64,000 nucleotides of DNA, from positions 31,003 through 95,002 of IMG/VR virus record IMGVR_UViG_3300027721_000010; one strand, written 5' to 3'. The first letter of the stretch is position 1, and every line of letters starts with the position of its first letter. Below, piece by piece: positions 57,341-64,000 of the stretch. The notes below the pieces were generated by a model. It saw only the letters and a program-made list of their open reading frames with translations. It was not told the DNA's origin and did not search any database. The stretch comes from a virus. Taxonomy: Duplodnaviria > Heunggongvirae > Uroviricota > Caudoviricetes. The translations under genes were made by a program, and so were the position numbers.

Positions 57341-57376
57341 CGGGCCTGTGTTTCCACACTGGGGCCCTTTTTATTA
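57341..57376 (+). terminator. Hairpin (GGGCC…GGCCC) followed by TTTTTATT, downstream of the tRNA.
   Basis: Read from the sequence. Confidence 0.4.
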
Positions 57377-57402
57377 TTTAAACAATTTAAAATCAATTAG
57401 TT

Positions 57403-57570
57403 ATGGTATTAAAATGGATCTATTATGGTGTGTCTATGATATTAGTTACACCATATCTATTATGGAATGCTTTTGTTAGCCTCATTATGTGGGATGCTAA
57501 GTATTGGGACAATGCCTGTTATGGTGTTTATCAAGGATTGGATGATGATCATTTCAACTCTAAAAAATAA
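57403..57570 (+). CDS. 55-aa hydrophobic small protein, possibly with 2 TM segments (MVLKWIYYGVSMILVTPYLLWNAFVSLIMWDAKYW…). It could be holin-like.
   Basis: Hand translation. It is preceded by the conserved leader aatcaattagttATG. Confidence 0.3.
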   Translation: MVLKWIYYGVSMILVTPYLLWNAFVSLIMWDAKYWDNACYGVYQGLDDDHFNSKK

Positions 57571-57576
57571 ATTCTA

Positions 57577-57693
57577 ATGAAAAAATTACTCCTTCTAGCA
57601 GTTATTGCTGTATTTATGCTTCAGAGCTGTGCCACAAATGGATATGGCTGCAGGGGCAGAGGCAAGATTATTACACGTGTTAAACAATTCTAA
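57577..57693 (+). CDS. 38-aa putative lipoprotein (MKKLLLLAVIAVFMLQSCATNGYGCRGRGKIITRVKQF), a candidate o-spanin-like outer-membrane lipoprotein.
   Basis: Hand translation, showing a signal peptide plus a lipobox-like LQSC. Confidence 0.3.
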   Translation: MKKLLLLAVIAVFMLQSCATNGYGCRGRGKIITRVKQF

Positions 57694-57704
57694 ATCAATT
57701 AGTT

Positions 57705-57851
57705 ATGAAAATCATCCTTTTACCCCCTCGAGAATTCATTAATTTCAAAACCTTAGCCAACCGTATTCAACTAATTTTTGAGTATGAGGTCTTGCATGGC
57801 GTGTTCCATGTAAAGGCTGATGCTCTACGTCTTGACGAGTTGGGTTACTAA
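57705..57851 (+). CDS. 48-aa small protein (MKIILLPPREFINFKTLANRIQLIFEYEVLHGVFHVKADALRLDELGY).
   Basis: Hand translation. It is preceded by the conserved leader, and the stop of the upstream ORF lies within the motif. Confidence 0.3.
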   Translation: MKIILLPPREFINFKTLANRIQLIFEYEVLHGVFHVKADALRLDELGY

Positions 57852-58124
57852 GGATGAGAGAACAGCCCTGAAATATGGGCTGTTCCTTTTTTATGTTTGA
57901 AAAAGTGTTGTAAATCACACTTTTACGTACGTAAAACTGTATCCATACCCAAAAACACCCATAATGAGTCATATAATGCACTTTATGGCTCATATTGGTC
58001 CTTTATAAGTCACATTATCGCTCATGTGTGAGCTATAAATGGCCAACTCAGGAAGTAAATGCATGAATATTTTGTAAAGATTCATGCAAACAGTAATGCA
58101 TAACACATTATAAATCAGTTAGTT

Positions 58125-58274
58125 ATGAACACACCAGCCATTATTATTTCCTTCACTATCAGCTTTCTTATAGCAGTGCTGTGGGTGAAAGGGATAGATA
58201 AAATGAAACGAGACCACCCTGATTACAAGGGTGAAGACTTTTTAAATCACGATGATAAAAACACATCCTCATGA
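58125..58274 (+). CDS. 49-aa single-TM small protein (MNTPAIIISFTISFLIAVLWVKG… with a charged C-terminus). It could be holin-like. Its stop overlaps the next start (ATGA).
   Basis: Hand translation. It is preceded by the conserved leader variant taaatcagttagttATG. Confidence 0.3.
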   Translation: MNTPAIIISFTISFLIAVLWVKGIDKMKRDHPDYKGEDFLNHDDKNTSS

Positions 58275-58540
58275 ACAAAGTAGTAATAATTGTAGGCATA
58301 GTGCTCACCATGTCTGTTCTTCTTTATCAGGTGTCCACCAAGGATAGGAAGATTAAGGCTCTAAACCAGCAGATTGTAGAGCTAGAGCAAAAGGTAAAGG
58401 TGATTGACTCATTAGATGCTGAGCTATTTCCTTTGGAGATAGAGCTTAACAGGTATGAGATGGCATTTAAAATATTTGCCAAACGTCATCCCGTTTATGC
58501 AGAGATATATGCCTCTATTATATCAAACGAAACAGAATAA
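58271..58540 (+). CDS. 89-aa protein with an N-terminal TM segment and a coiled coil, giving i-spanin-like or type II membrane protein architecture.
   Basis: ORF. Its composition is a TM segment followed by heptad-like repeats. Confidence 0.4.
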   Translation: MNKVVIIVGIVLTMSVLLYQVSTKDRKIKALNQQIVELEQKVKVIDSLDAELFPLEIELNRYEMAFKIFAKRHPVYAEIYASIISNETE

Positions 58541-58551
58541 AACAATTAAAT

Positions 58552-58770
58552 ATGGTAGGAACAATCTTTAGAAAGCTAGTGGAAAGACACGAAATGGGAA
58601 CAGCAGGCAGTAGTATGTATCAGAGCTGGAAGGTCATTAGTGACCTAGGTAATGACATATACGCCTGTGTACGCGTAGATAATACACAAGATCCTATGGG
58701 TGCAGCTAGTCCACAGAAACGTACATTCAAAGGAGTTGATATTCAGAAATATCTAAAAAATAAACAATAA
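58552..58770 (+). CDS. Hypothetical protein of 72 aa.
   Basis: ORF. Confidence 0.4.
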   Translation: MVGTIFRKLVERHEMGTAGSSMYQSWKVISDLGNDIYACVRVDNTQDPMGAASPQKRTFKGVDIQKYLKNKQ

Positions 58771-59354
58771 TGTTTATAACCGTAGAGCTCGTATTTAAGA
58801 GCCACATGCCTAAACAATTAGAGCCTGGATTATGGTTCATCACCAAGATTAATCCTGGCACTAGAAAAGAATATTCGGAAGTGTGGGAGCTTGACAAACA
58901 TCCTACAGAAAGCCTAGAAGAATTCATCTCCAAAAATGGTGCGCCTGTTGAGCCCTATCTGATGTATGATGAACAGATATTAGCAGATCCAGATGAAATT
59001 GGATGGTGGGACGCAGGACATGAGGTGGAGGTACTTAGAGATATCACTCTCAAAGACATCAACCATATTCTAGAAGAATGGGATGGTTATGTTGATGTAG
59101 AGATTGATGAAGACTCATTTGATGAGGAAGATGAGATTCGTCCTATTGCTCACATGGACAAGGTGGTTCTTTGCATCCCTGGATTGTATGATGAGGAAGA
59201 GGAAGATGATGATGAAGGGCCTTGGTTGTGTGGTAATTGTAATGGTTCAGGATATGGTGCTACACCAGATGTAGCTTGTCCTGTATGCCATGGAGAGGGT
59301 GAAATCTATCTTAGAGACGATGATGATGTTGATGAACACACTGGAGAAGATTAA
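58770..59354 (+). CDS. Highly acidic 194-aa protein with a C-terminal DnaJ-type zinc finger (CGNCNGSG…CPVCHGEG, nt 59229..59300) and poly-Asp/Glu tracts. It is a candidate DNA-mimic, anti-defence or host-takeover factor.
   Basis: Two CxxCxGxG repeats and the acidic composition. Confidence 0.45.
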   Translation: MFITVELVFKSHMPKQLEPGLWFITKINPGTRKEYSEVWELDKHPTESLEEFISKNGAPVEPYLMYDEQILADPDEIGWWDAGHEVEVLRDITLKDINHILEEWDGYVDVEIDEDSFDEEDEIRPIAHMDKVVLCIPGLYDEEEEDDDEGPWLCGNCNGSGYGATPDVACPVCHGEGEIYLRDDDDVDEHTGED

Positions 59355-59373
59355 ATAATCAAAATTAAACAAC

Positions 59374-59577
59374 ATGACATTAGAGTACACATCTATTGAA
59401 AGGCTTCAAGAGATTGAGGCTGAAAGAGCACAAACAGAATCAGATCCCAATTTTCATGTATGGATGCAAGAACTTAAAGTGGGCATCCTATGCAAAAAGA
59501 ATGATGGGGTTGACAGAGCACGTAAAATAATGGCAGATTGGAATCAATCACCTTTAAACAAAACTTTATGGGAGTAG
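59374..59577 (+). CDS. Hypothetical protein of 67 aa.
   Basis: ORF. Confidence 0.4.
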   Translation: MTLEYTSIERLQEIEAERAQTESDPNFHVWMQELKVGILCKKNDGVDRARKIMADWNQSPLNKTLWE

Positions 59578-60140
59578 ACATCGCTGGGATCAATCCTCAA
59601 ATAGTTGGGGAGCGTCCACAAGAGCCAAACTGGGAAACAGCCACAGAGTATGAAAGAGATATGTACATAAACTCTATGGATCTGTTCTACAGTAACAATC
59701 CTGGTGTGTATTTCAGGAGCAATTGGTGGGGTTGGAGACCGATTCATGCAATAGCTGATATGGCCATCAAGGTGGCACAACTGGGATATGACACTAGCCT
59801 ATGGGGAGAGAATAGTGGTGCAGGGCTTGAAACACAGGAAGAATGTAATCATCTAGCTGATGCTATAGAGCTGTTCATGATGCTCAATAATGCAAATATG
59901 CATGACATGGATGACAGGTTCTATCTGTGTTTGGGTAGTTGGGTTACATCAAATGGTCGTTTTCTATCAGAAGATGTAATAGATAAGCTCAATGAAGACT
60001 ATCCAATAGGCACTATTCGCTATCAAGGGGTTGTGGGAGAAGATGGTGTGCTAGCATTTCCATCTCACAGTGCACCTCTGTATCATGTACATAATTTTGT
60101 CACCTTCCTTCGCAAATGTGGAGGATTTCAAATCTTTTAA
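59568..60140 (+). CDS. Hypothetical protein of about 190 aa. The start is taken at the ATG at 59568, which overlaps the upstream stop (ATGGGAGTAG). The track ORF starts at 59538.
   Basis: ORF with a translational-coupling overlap. Confidence 0.4.
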   Translation: MGVDIAGINPQIVGERPQEPNWETATEYERDMYINSMDLFYSNNPGVYFRSNWWGWRPIHAIADMAIKVAQLGYDTSLWGENSGAGLETQEECNHLADAIELFMMLNNANMHDMDDRFYLCLGSWVTSNGRFLSEDVIDKLNEDYPIGTIRYQGVVGEDGVLAFPSHSAPLYHVHNFVTFLRKCGGFQIF

Positions 60141-60141
60141 C

Positions 60142-60702
60142 ATGACAACGTACACCCAATCTCTATTAAAAACTGCAGAAAGAACACAGAAGGCTGCTGT
60201 GCGAGAATTCCTATTCTCATTCTTTCAACAAGCACAGCTCAATAAGATTATTGGGCTTGCTGGTCCAAACATCCAAGACTATCTCAACTTCTTGAAATCC
60301 AAGGGGTTCAATGAGTTTGAGATATATGAAATGGACAAAATCACAGCCATACATCAACTCACACATCTGAATGGTAGGGTGGCTCTTAAACTAGGAGACA
60401 TCCTTAATGCAAATCCTAATGAACCCAATGTGCTCTATGATCTAGACTATTGTGTCACCGTTAGACATATGAAGGAACACATAGCTAGGTTTAAGAACAA
60501 CTTCATTATGACATTTGCCAGACGCGTTCCTTTGACAGAAACTATAGGAACCTTCTTCACCGTCAGAGATGAGAAAGTGGTCAAGACATATGTGTATGAT
60601 AACCCTGTCAATCATACAGTGTATGAAACTGATAAGGGAAAATACATATATGCTGCCTACAAAGACACATCACCCATGTGTTGCTTCGCTAAAATCGCTT
60701 AA
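60142..60702 (+). CDS. Hypothetical protein of about 186 aa, possibly Rossmann or SAM-methyltransferase-like (IIGLAGPNIQ … EIYEMD … VLYDLDYC). The track ORF starts at 60070, and the ATG at 60142 is preferred.
   Basis: Weak resemblance to class-I MTase motifs I, II and IV. This is speculative. Confidence 0.35.
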   Translation: MTTYTQSLLKTAERTQKAAVREFLFSFFQQAQLNKIIGLAGPNIQDYLNFLKSKGFNEFEIYEMDKITAIHQLTHLNGRVALKLGDILNANPNEPNVLYDLDYCVTVRHMKEHIARFKNNFIMTFARRVPLTETIGTFFTVRDEKVVKTYVYDNPVNHTVYETDKGKYIYAAYKDTSPMCCFAKIA

Positions 60703-60727
60703 TTAACTCACAATTAAATTCAACAAC

Positions 60728-61048
60728 ATGACAAATCCTTATTTCTACAGCTGGAAAGACATCAAAGACATGAAAGAGCTCATCCGTACAGGAGAGCCCA
60801 TTTTGCGCATTGCTCGCAGAGAGTATCAGCGTTTTGGAGCATCAAGTGCTTCTGCATTTGCTATCAAATTGTATAAGCTTGCCAAGACTACCACTAAGAT
60901 TAGAGAGTGGGAAGGATCAAAGAAAGAACGTAAAGCAAAAGATCAAGTGGCTGCACCAAAAGCGCTCACTGTTCCTGAAGGCACTACTTTTGAGGGTACA
61001 CCTAAGAGGGTAGAACTGCACACTGATCATTTCCGTATTTATTTCTAA
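60728..61048 (+). CDS. Hypothetical protein of 106 aa.
   Basis: ORF. Confidence 0.4.
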   Translation: MTNPYFYSWKDIKDMKELIRTGEPILRIARREYQRFGASSASAFAIKLYKLAKTTTKIREWEGSKKERKAKDQVAAPKALTVPEGTTFEGTPKRVELHTDHFRIYF

Positions 61049-61067
61049 ACATATAAATACTCATCCC

Positions 61068-61277
61068 ATGCCTACACTCGTCTATCGCTCCTGTTGGAGC
61101 AAAATCACACCTTTAGTTTACTCAGATGACTCTAATGATGATGCAGTTAATCGTTTGATTGACACCATCTTCAGAGCCAAACGAACTAACAGACTCGTGC
61201 TTGATAACAACAAAATGTATTACAAGCCTAGTAACCAGTACAAAAGATTTGTTGTTCGTATGCGTAAGATTAGGTAA
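61068..61277 (+). CDS. Hypothetical protein of 69 aa.
   Basis: ORF. Confidence 0.35.
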   Translation: MPTLVYRSCWSKITPLVYSDDSNDDAVNRLIDTIFRAKRTNRLVLDNNKMYYKPSNQYKRFVVRMRKIR

Positions 61278-61336
61278 ATTTGAATCACAGTTCCCACTCT
61301 TGTAACAGAGGGTGGGAACATTTATAATTAAATAAC

Positions 61337-61633
61337 ATGGCAACCGCTAAAAAAACTACAAAGAAAGCATTTGAAAAAAAAGCTGCAAGTTCACAAAAAC
61401 TTGGACATTTCAACATTACAGTGTACAAAGATGAAACTGCAGCTGTTGATGTAGACTGTCCTACAAGTGAATTAATTGCAGCACTTGCATCTGTCATTGC
61501 ATCAGAGGAAGGACCAGGTCAATTGTTAAGATCAGCACTTGCTCTTGCAGCATTTGGTCTTGAAGAAGAATCTAAGAAAAAGAAGAAAAAGCCTGCTGTC
61601 AAAAAGAAAGCTGCTCCTAAAAAGAAGAAATGA
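61337..61633 (+). CDS. Histone-H1-like Lys/Ala-rich DNA-binding protein of 98 aa (N-terminus MATAKKTTKK, C-terminus KKKKKKPAVKKKAAPKKKK).
   Basis: Composition. The gene lies immediately upstream of the DNA polymerase and overlaps it (ATGA). Confidence 0.45.
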   Translation: MATAKKTTKKAFEKKAASSQKLGHFNITVYKDETAAVDVDCPTSELIAALASVIASEEGPGQLLRSALALAAFGLEEESKKKKKKPAVKKKAAPKKKK

Positions 61634-63588
61634 TGAATGTACTCATATATGACATTGAGACCTTAAAAGAATACTTTCTAGTGGTGGTATTGGTTCCTCA
61701 AGAACCGTATAGGGTATTTAAAGTTAATCAAGAAGAGAACAGTCTGGGTGCGTTTGTTAAGTTCACCGAGCAGTATAAAGATTATTATTGGGTGGGCTAC
61801 AATAATCTTCGGTTTGACTCTCAAGTGGTGGAATGGGTACTGCGTAACAATGAATATTGGCATGAGCTTTCCAACTTGGAAATAACAGCCAAAATACACC
61901 AGAAGGCAGCTGATGTCATACATGATGCAAATTATGATGTGTTTCCTGAATTCAGGGAGCATGACCTAAGCCTCAAACAGATTGATCTCTTCAAGATTCA
62001 CCACTTTGACAACAAGAATAGACGCGTTAGTCTAAAGAGACTAGAGTTTGAAATGGACCTCGAGAACATTGAGGAGATGCCCATAGATCATAACAAGGAA
62101 GGGATGACCAAAGAGGATATCATTGAAACCACTGGTTATTGTTTGAATGATGTGTGGGCCACTTACCAGTTCTACCTCATCACTATTGGGCAGACAGATC
62201 ATCCTTTGTACAAGGGTGACAACAGAATACAGCTCAGAGAAGATATACGAGAAGAGTTTGGTATTCCGTGTCTAAACTATTCTGACAGTAAGATTGGTGA
62301 TGAAATGATTAAGAAGTATTACTGCCAAGAAAAGAATATAGACTATCGTGATCTACCAAAGAGTGGTAAGTTTGAGAAGAAAACGTACATAAAGAACTGT
62401 ATTGCAGAGTATGTACAGTTTCAGACTCCCGAACTGCAGCAATTCCTAGCACGTATCAGAAAGATGAGCTTAACTATGAAGGATGACTTCAAAGAGGAGC
62501 TACATTTCTATGGGAACGTGTATTCCTTTATGAAGGGTGGGCTGCACACAGAGAATAAACCCAAGATATTTGAAGCTGATGAGGAGTATGAGATTATTGA
62601 TTGGGATGTAAGCAGTTATTATCCTGCCATCATCATCAATAATGGACGCTATCCTCGCCACTTGGGTAAAGAGTTCCTTCAGGGCTATAAGACAATGTTT
62701 GAGAAACGATTGGAACTCAAGCCTTTAGCTAAGAAGGACAAGAAAATTAAGGGTATTGTGGGAGCCCTTAAGCTTGCTGTAAACTCTGTTTATGGCAAAT
62801 CCAGTGATGTACAGAACTGGATCTATGATAGACAACTCACCATGTTCACCACTATTACTGGCGAGCTTAGCCTGATGATGCTCATCGAGGCTTATGAGCT
62901 AGCTGGTATCAATGTCATCTCTGCTAACACCGATGGTGTCACTATTAGAATCAAGAAGGATCTGATAGATAAAATGCATGAGGTGAATAAGTGGTGGTCA
63001 GAGCTCACACAATATGAGCTGGAAAGAGCTGACTATCAAAAGATTATATTTTCCACGGTAAATGACTATCTTGCGATAAAAACAGATGGAGAAGTCAAGA
63101 AGAAAGGCGATTTCCTCACAGATTTCGAGCTTCATAAGAACAAGTCAGCGCGTATTGTCCCGATTGCTTTGGAACAATATTTTGTTAGTAATATACCTGT
63201 TACTGATACTATTCGCGGTCATAATAACATCTTTGACTTCTGCTTAAGGCAGAAAGCATCCAAAGATTTCCATTATGAAGGAATAGATAGATCCACAGGT
63301 GATAAGACTGTATACAATAAGCTGATTCGTTATTACATCTCCAATAGTGGAGAGAAGCTCCTGAAAATCAAGAATGAGGACTCTAATAGTGGTGCTGCAG
63401 CTGTTTCCCAAGTGGAAGCTGGTGAGTGGCTGGCCACTGTATGCAACAAACTTGACAAAAAACATCCTCTGGACAACATCAACTATCTGTATTACATCGA
63501 TAGGGCTGAGAGACTAATCAGCAAGATTGAGTCTGAAGGTAAAGCTCGCAGGATAGTCGTAAATCCTAACCAATTAAGTTTATTCTAA
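61630..63588 (+). CDS. polB: Family B DNA polymerase of 652 aa, phi29-like and possibly protein-primed. It has Exo I (YDIET), Exo II (GYNNLRFD), Exo III (YCLNDVWATY), motif A (DVSSYYPAII), motif B (KLAVNSVYGK), a pre-motif-C TTITG, and motif C reading ISANTDGVTI.
   Basis: The motif order and spacing match phi29 DNAP (DVNSLYPAQM, KLMLNSLYGKF, TTITA…YCDTDSIH). Confidence 0.7.
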   Translation: MMNVLIYDIETLKEYFLVVVLVPQEPYRVFKVNQEENSLGAFVKFTEQYKDYYWVGYNNLRFDSQVVEWVLRNNEYWHELSNLEITAKIHQKAADVIHDANYDVFPEFREHDLSLKQIDLFKIHHFDNKNRRVSLKRLEFEMDLENIEEMPIDHNKEGMTKEDIIETTGYCLNDVWATYQFYLITIGQTDHPLYKGDNRIQLREDIREEFGIPCLNYSDSKIGDEMIKKYYCQEKNIDYRDLPKSGKFEKKTYIKNCIAEYVQFQTPELQQFLARIRKMSLTMKDDFKEELHFYGNVYSFMKGGLHTENKPKIFEADEEYEIIDWDVSSYYPAIIINNGRYPRHLGKEFLQGYKTMFEKRLELKPLAKKDKKIKGIVGALKLAVNSVYGKSSDVQNWIYDRQLTMFTTITGELSLMMLIEAYELAGINVISANTDGVTIRIKKDLIDKMHEVNKWWSELTQYELERADYQKIIFSTVNDYLAIKTDGEVKKKGDFLTDFELHKNKSARIVPIALEQYFVSNIPVTDTIRGHNNIFDFCLRQKASKDFHYEGIDRSTGDKTVYNKLIRYYISNSGEKLLKIKNEDSNSGAAAVSQVEAGEWLATVCNKLDKKHPLDNINYLYYIDRAERLISKIESEGKARRIVVNPNQLSLF

Positions 63589-64000
63589 TGGATATCAAAA
63601 AAGGAGACAAGTTTAAGGACTACATAGGTACTCCTTGTTTCATTAGCTACATCAAGGGAGACATCATAAAGCTGTCATTCATAGAAGAGCGTCCACACGT
63701 AGAGGTTTGGGATAAGAAGGAATTCTTAGCTGAGATTAGCAAGAATAGATTCTTTCCTGAACCACGCGTTGTGGTGAATAGAACAAACATCACCACACAT
63801 CTTATTGAATATCAGCTAAATATGGTGGGTAAAACAATAGAAGAAGCTCGTATCATAGATGATTGGTACTATCAATGGACTATGACAACCACGCAGCTTG
63901 AACTATTTAAAGCATATGCAATCCCTCTGCTTCGTAAGGTATTTAAATTCAACAAACGAAAAGCGGAGGACACATTTGGCTGGTTTAATTTCCAGTATGG
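63589..64000 (+). CDS. Partial CDS of at least 137 aa (MDIKKGDKFKDYIGTPCF…) that runs off the window end, function unknown.
   Basis: Open frame from an ATG that overlaps the polymerase stop (TAATG), with no stop within the window. Confidence 0.4.

Noticed and set aside
1-64000. A diversity-generating retroelement, CRISPR array, integrase or att sites, toxin-antitoxin or known defence systems.
   Set aside because: I found no reverse-transcriptase motif (YxDD), no repeat-spacer array, no recombinase signature and no recognisable TA or defence domains among the translated ORFs. Only conventional terminators and repeats internal to genes were seen.

Overview
This window reads as a double-stranded DNA phage or prophage genome segment. 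The host is probably in the Bacteroidetes: one host-type TTTG/TAnnTTTG promoter is present, Shine-Dalgarno sequences are not used, and there is a Bacteroidetes-style HU-like protein and a histone-H1-like Lys-rich protein. These host assignments are inference.

Positions 1 to about 55,386 form one tightly packed minus-strand block of about 52 kb, with overlapping stop and start codons (TAATG, ATGA). Read in transcription order it contains small early or middle genes (HTH regulator, HU-like protein, zinc-ribbon proteins, a candidate small terminase), a large terminase, a candidate portal, an SPFH (Band-7) protein, an acidic candidate scaffold and a candidate major capsid protein. After these come tail and fibre genes: a phage tail-collar-domain protein, and poly-Thr-linker proteins that share a cysteine-containing C-terminal module. 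A run of very large proteins follows (1784, 1144, 877, 4258 and 1487 aa). The block ends in a collagen-like Gly-X-Y fibre gene that runs off the window start.

The 4258-aa protein carries an HEFQH zincin-like motif and a DFDID motif that resembles the DxDGD loop of virion RNA polymerases. The 1144-aa protein carries a peptidoglycan-binding domain. The gene order (TerL, portal, MCP, tail, then giant proteins) resembles a crAss-like podovirus layout; this is inference and needs homology searches.

A C-rich divergent intergenic region at 55,390 to 55,845 carries three CCCCCCTA repeats and GC hairpins. It separates the minus-strand block from a plus-strand early and replication block. That block contains a first gene followed by a strong terminator, an ORF-free structured region of about 540 nt, and a cluster of very small membrane and lipoprotein ORFs that share a roughly 30-nt conserved leader ending in the ATG. 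It also contains a tRNA-Arg(UCU), an acidic DnaJ-type zinc-finger protein, a possible methyltransferase-like protein, a histone-H1-like protein and a phi29-like family B DNA polymerase whose motif C is NTDG rather than DTDS.

The collagen-like fibre gene stands out because it appears to need a -1 frameshift between its ATG-initiated N-terminal domain and a Gly-X-Y frame longer than 2.5 kb that contains no Met codon at all. I found no integrase, CRISPR array, reverse transcriptase or recognisable defence system. Many plus-strand ORFs in the track are mirror-image artefacts of minus-strand repeat genes.
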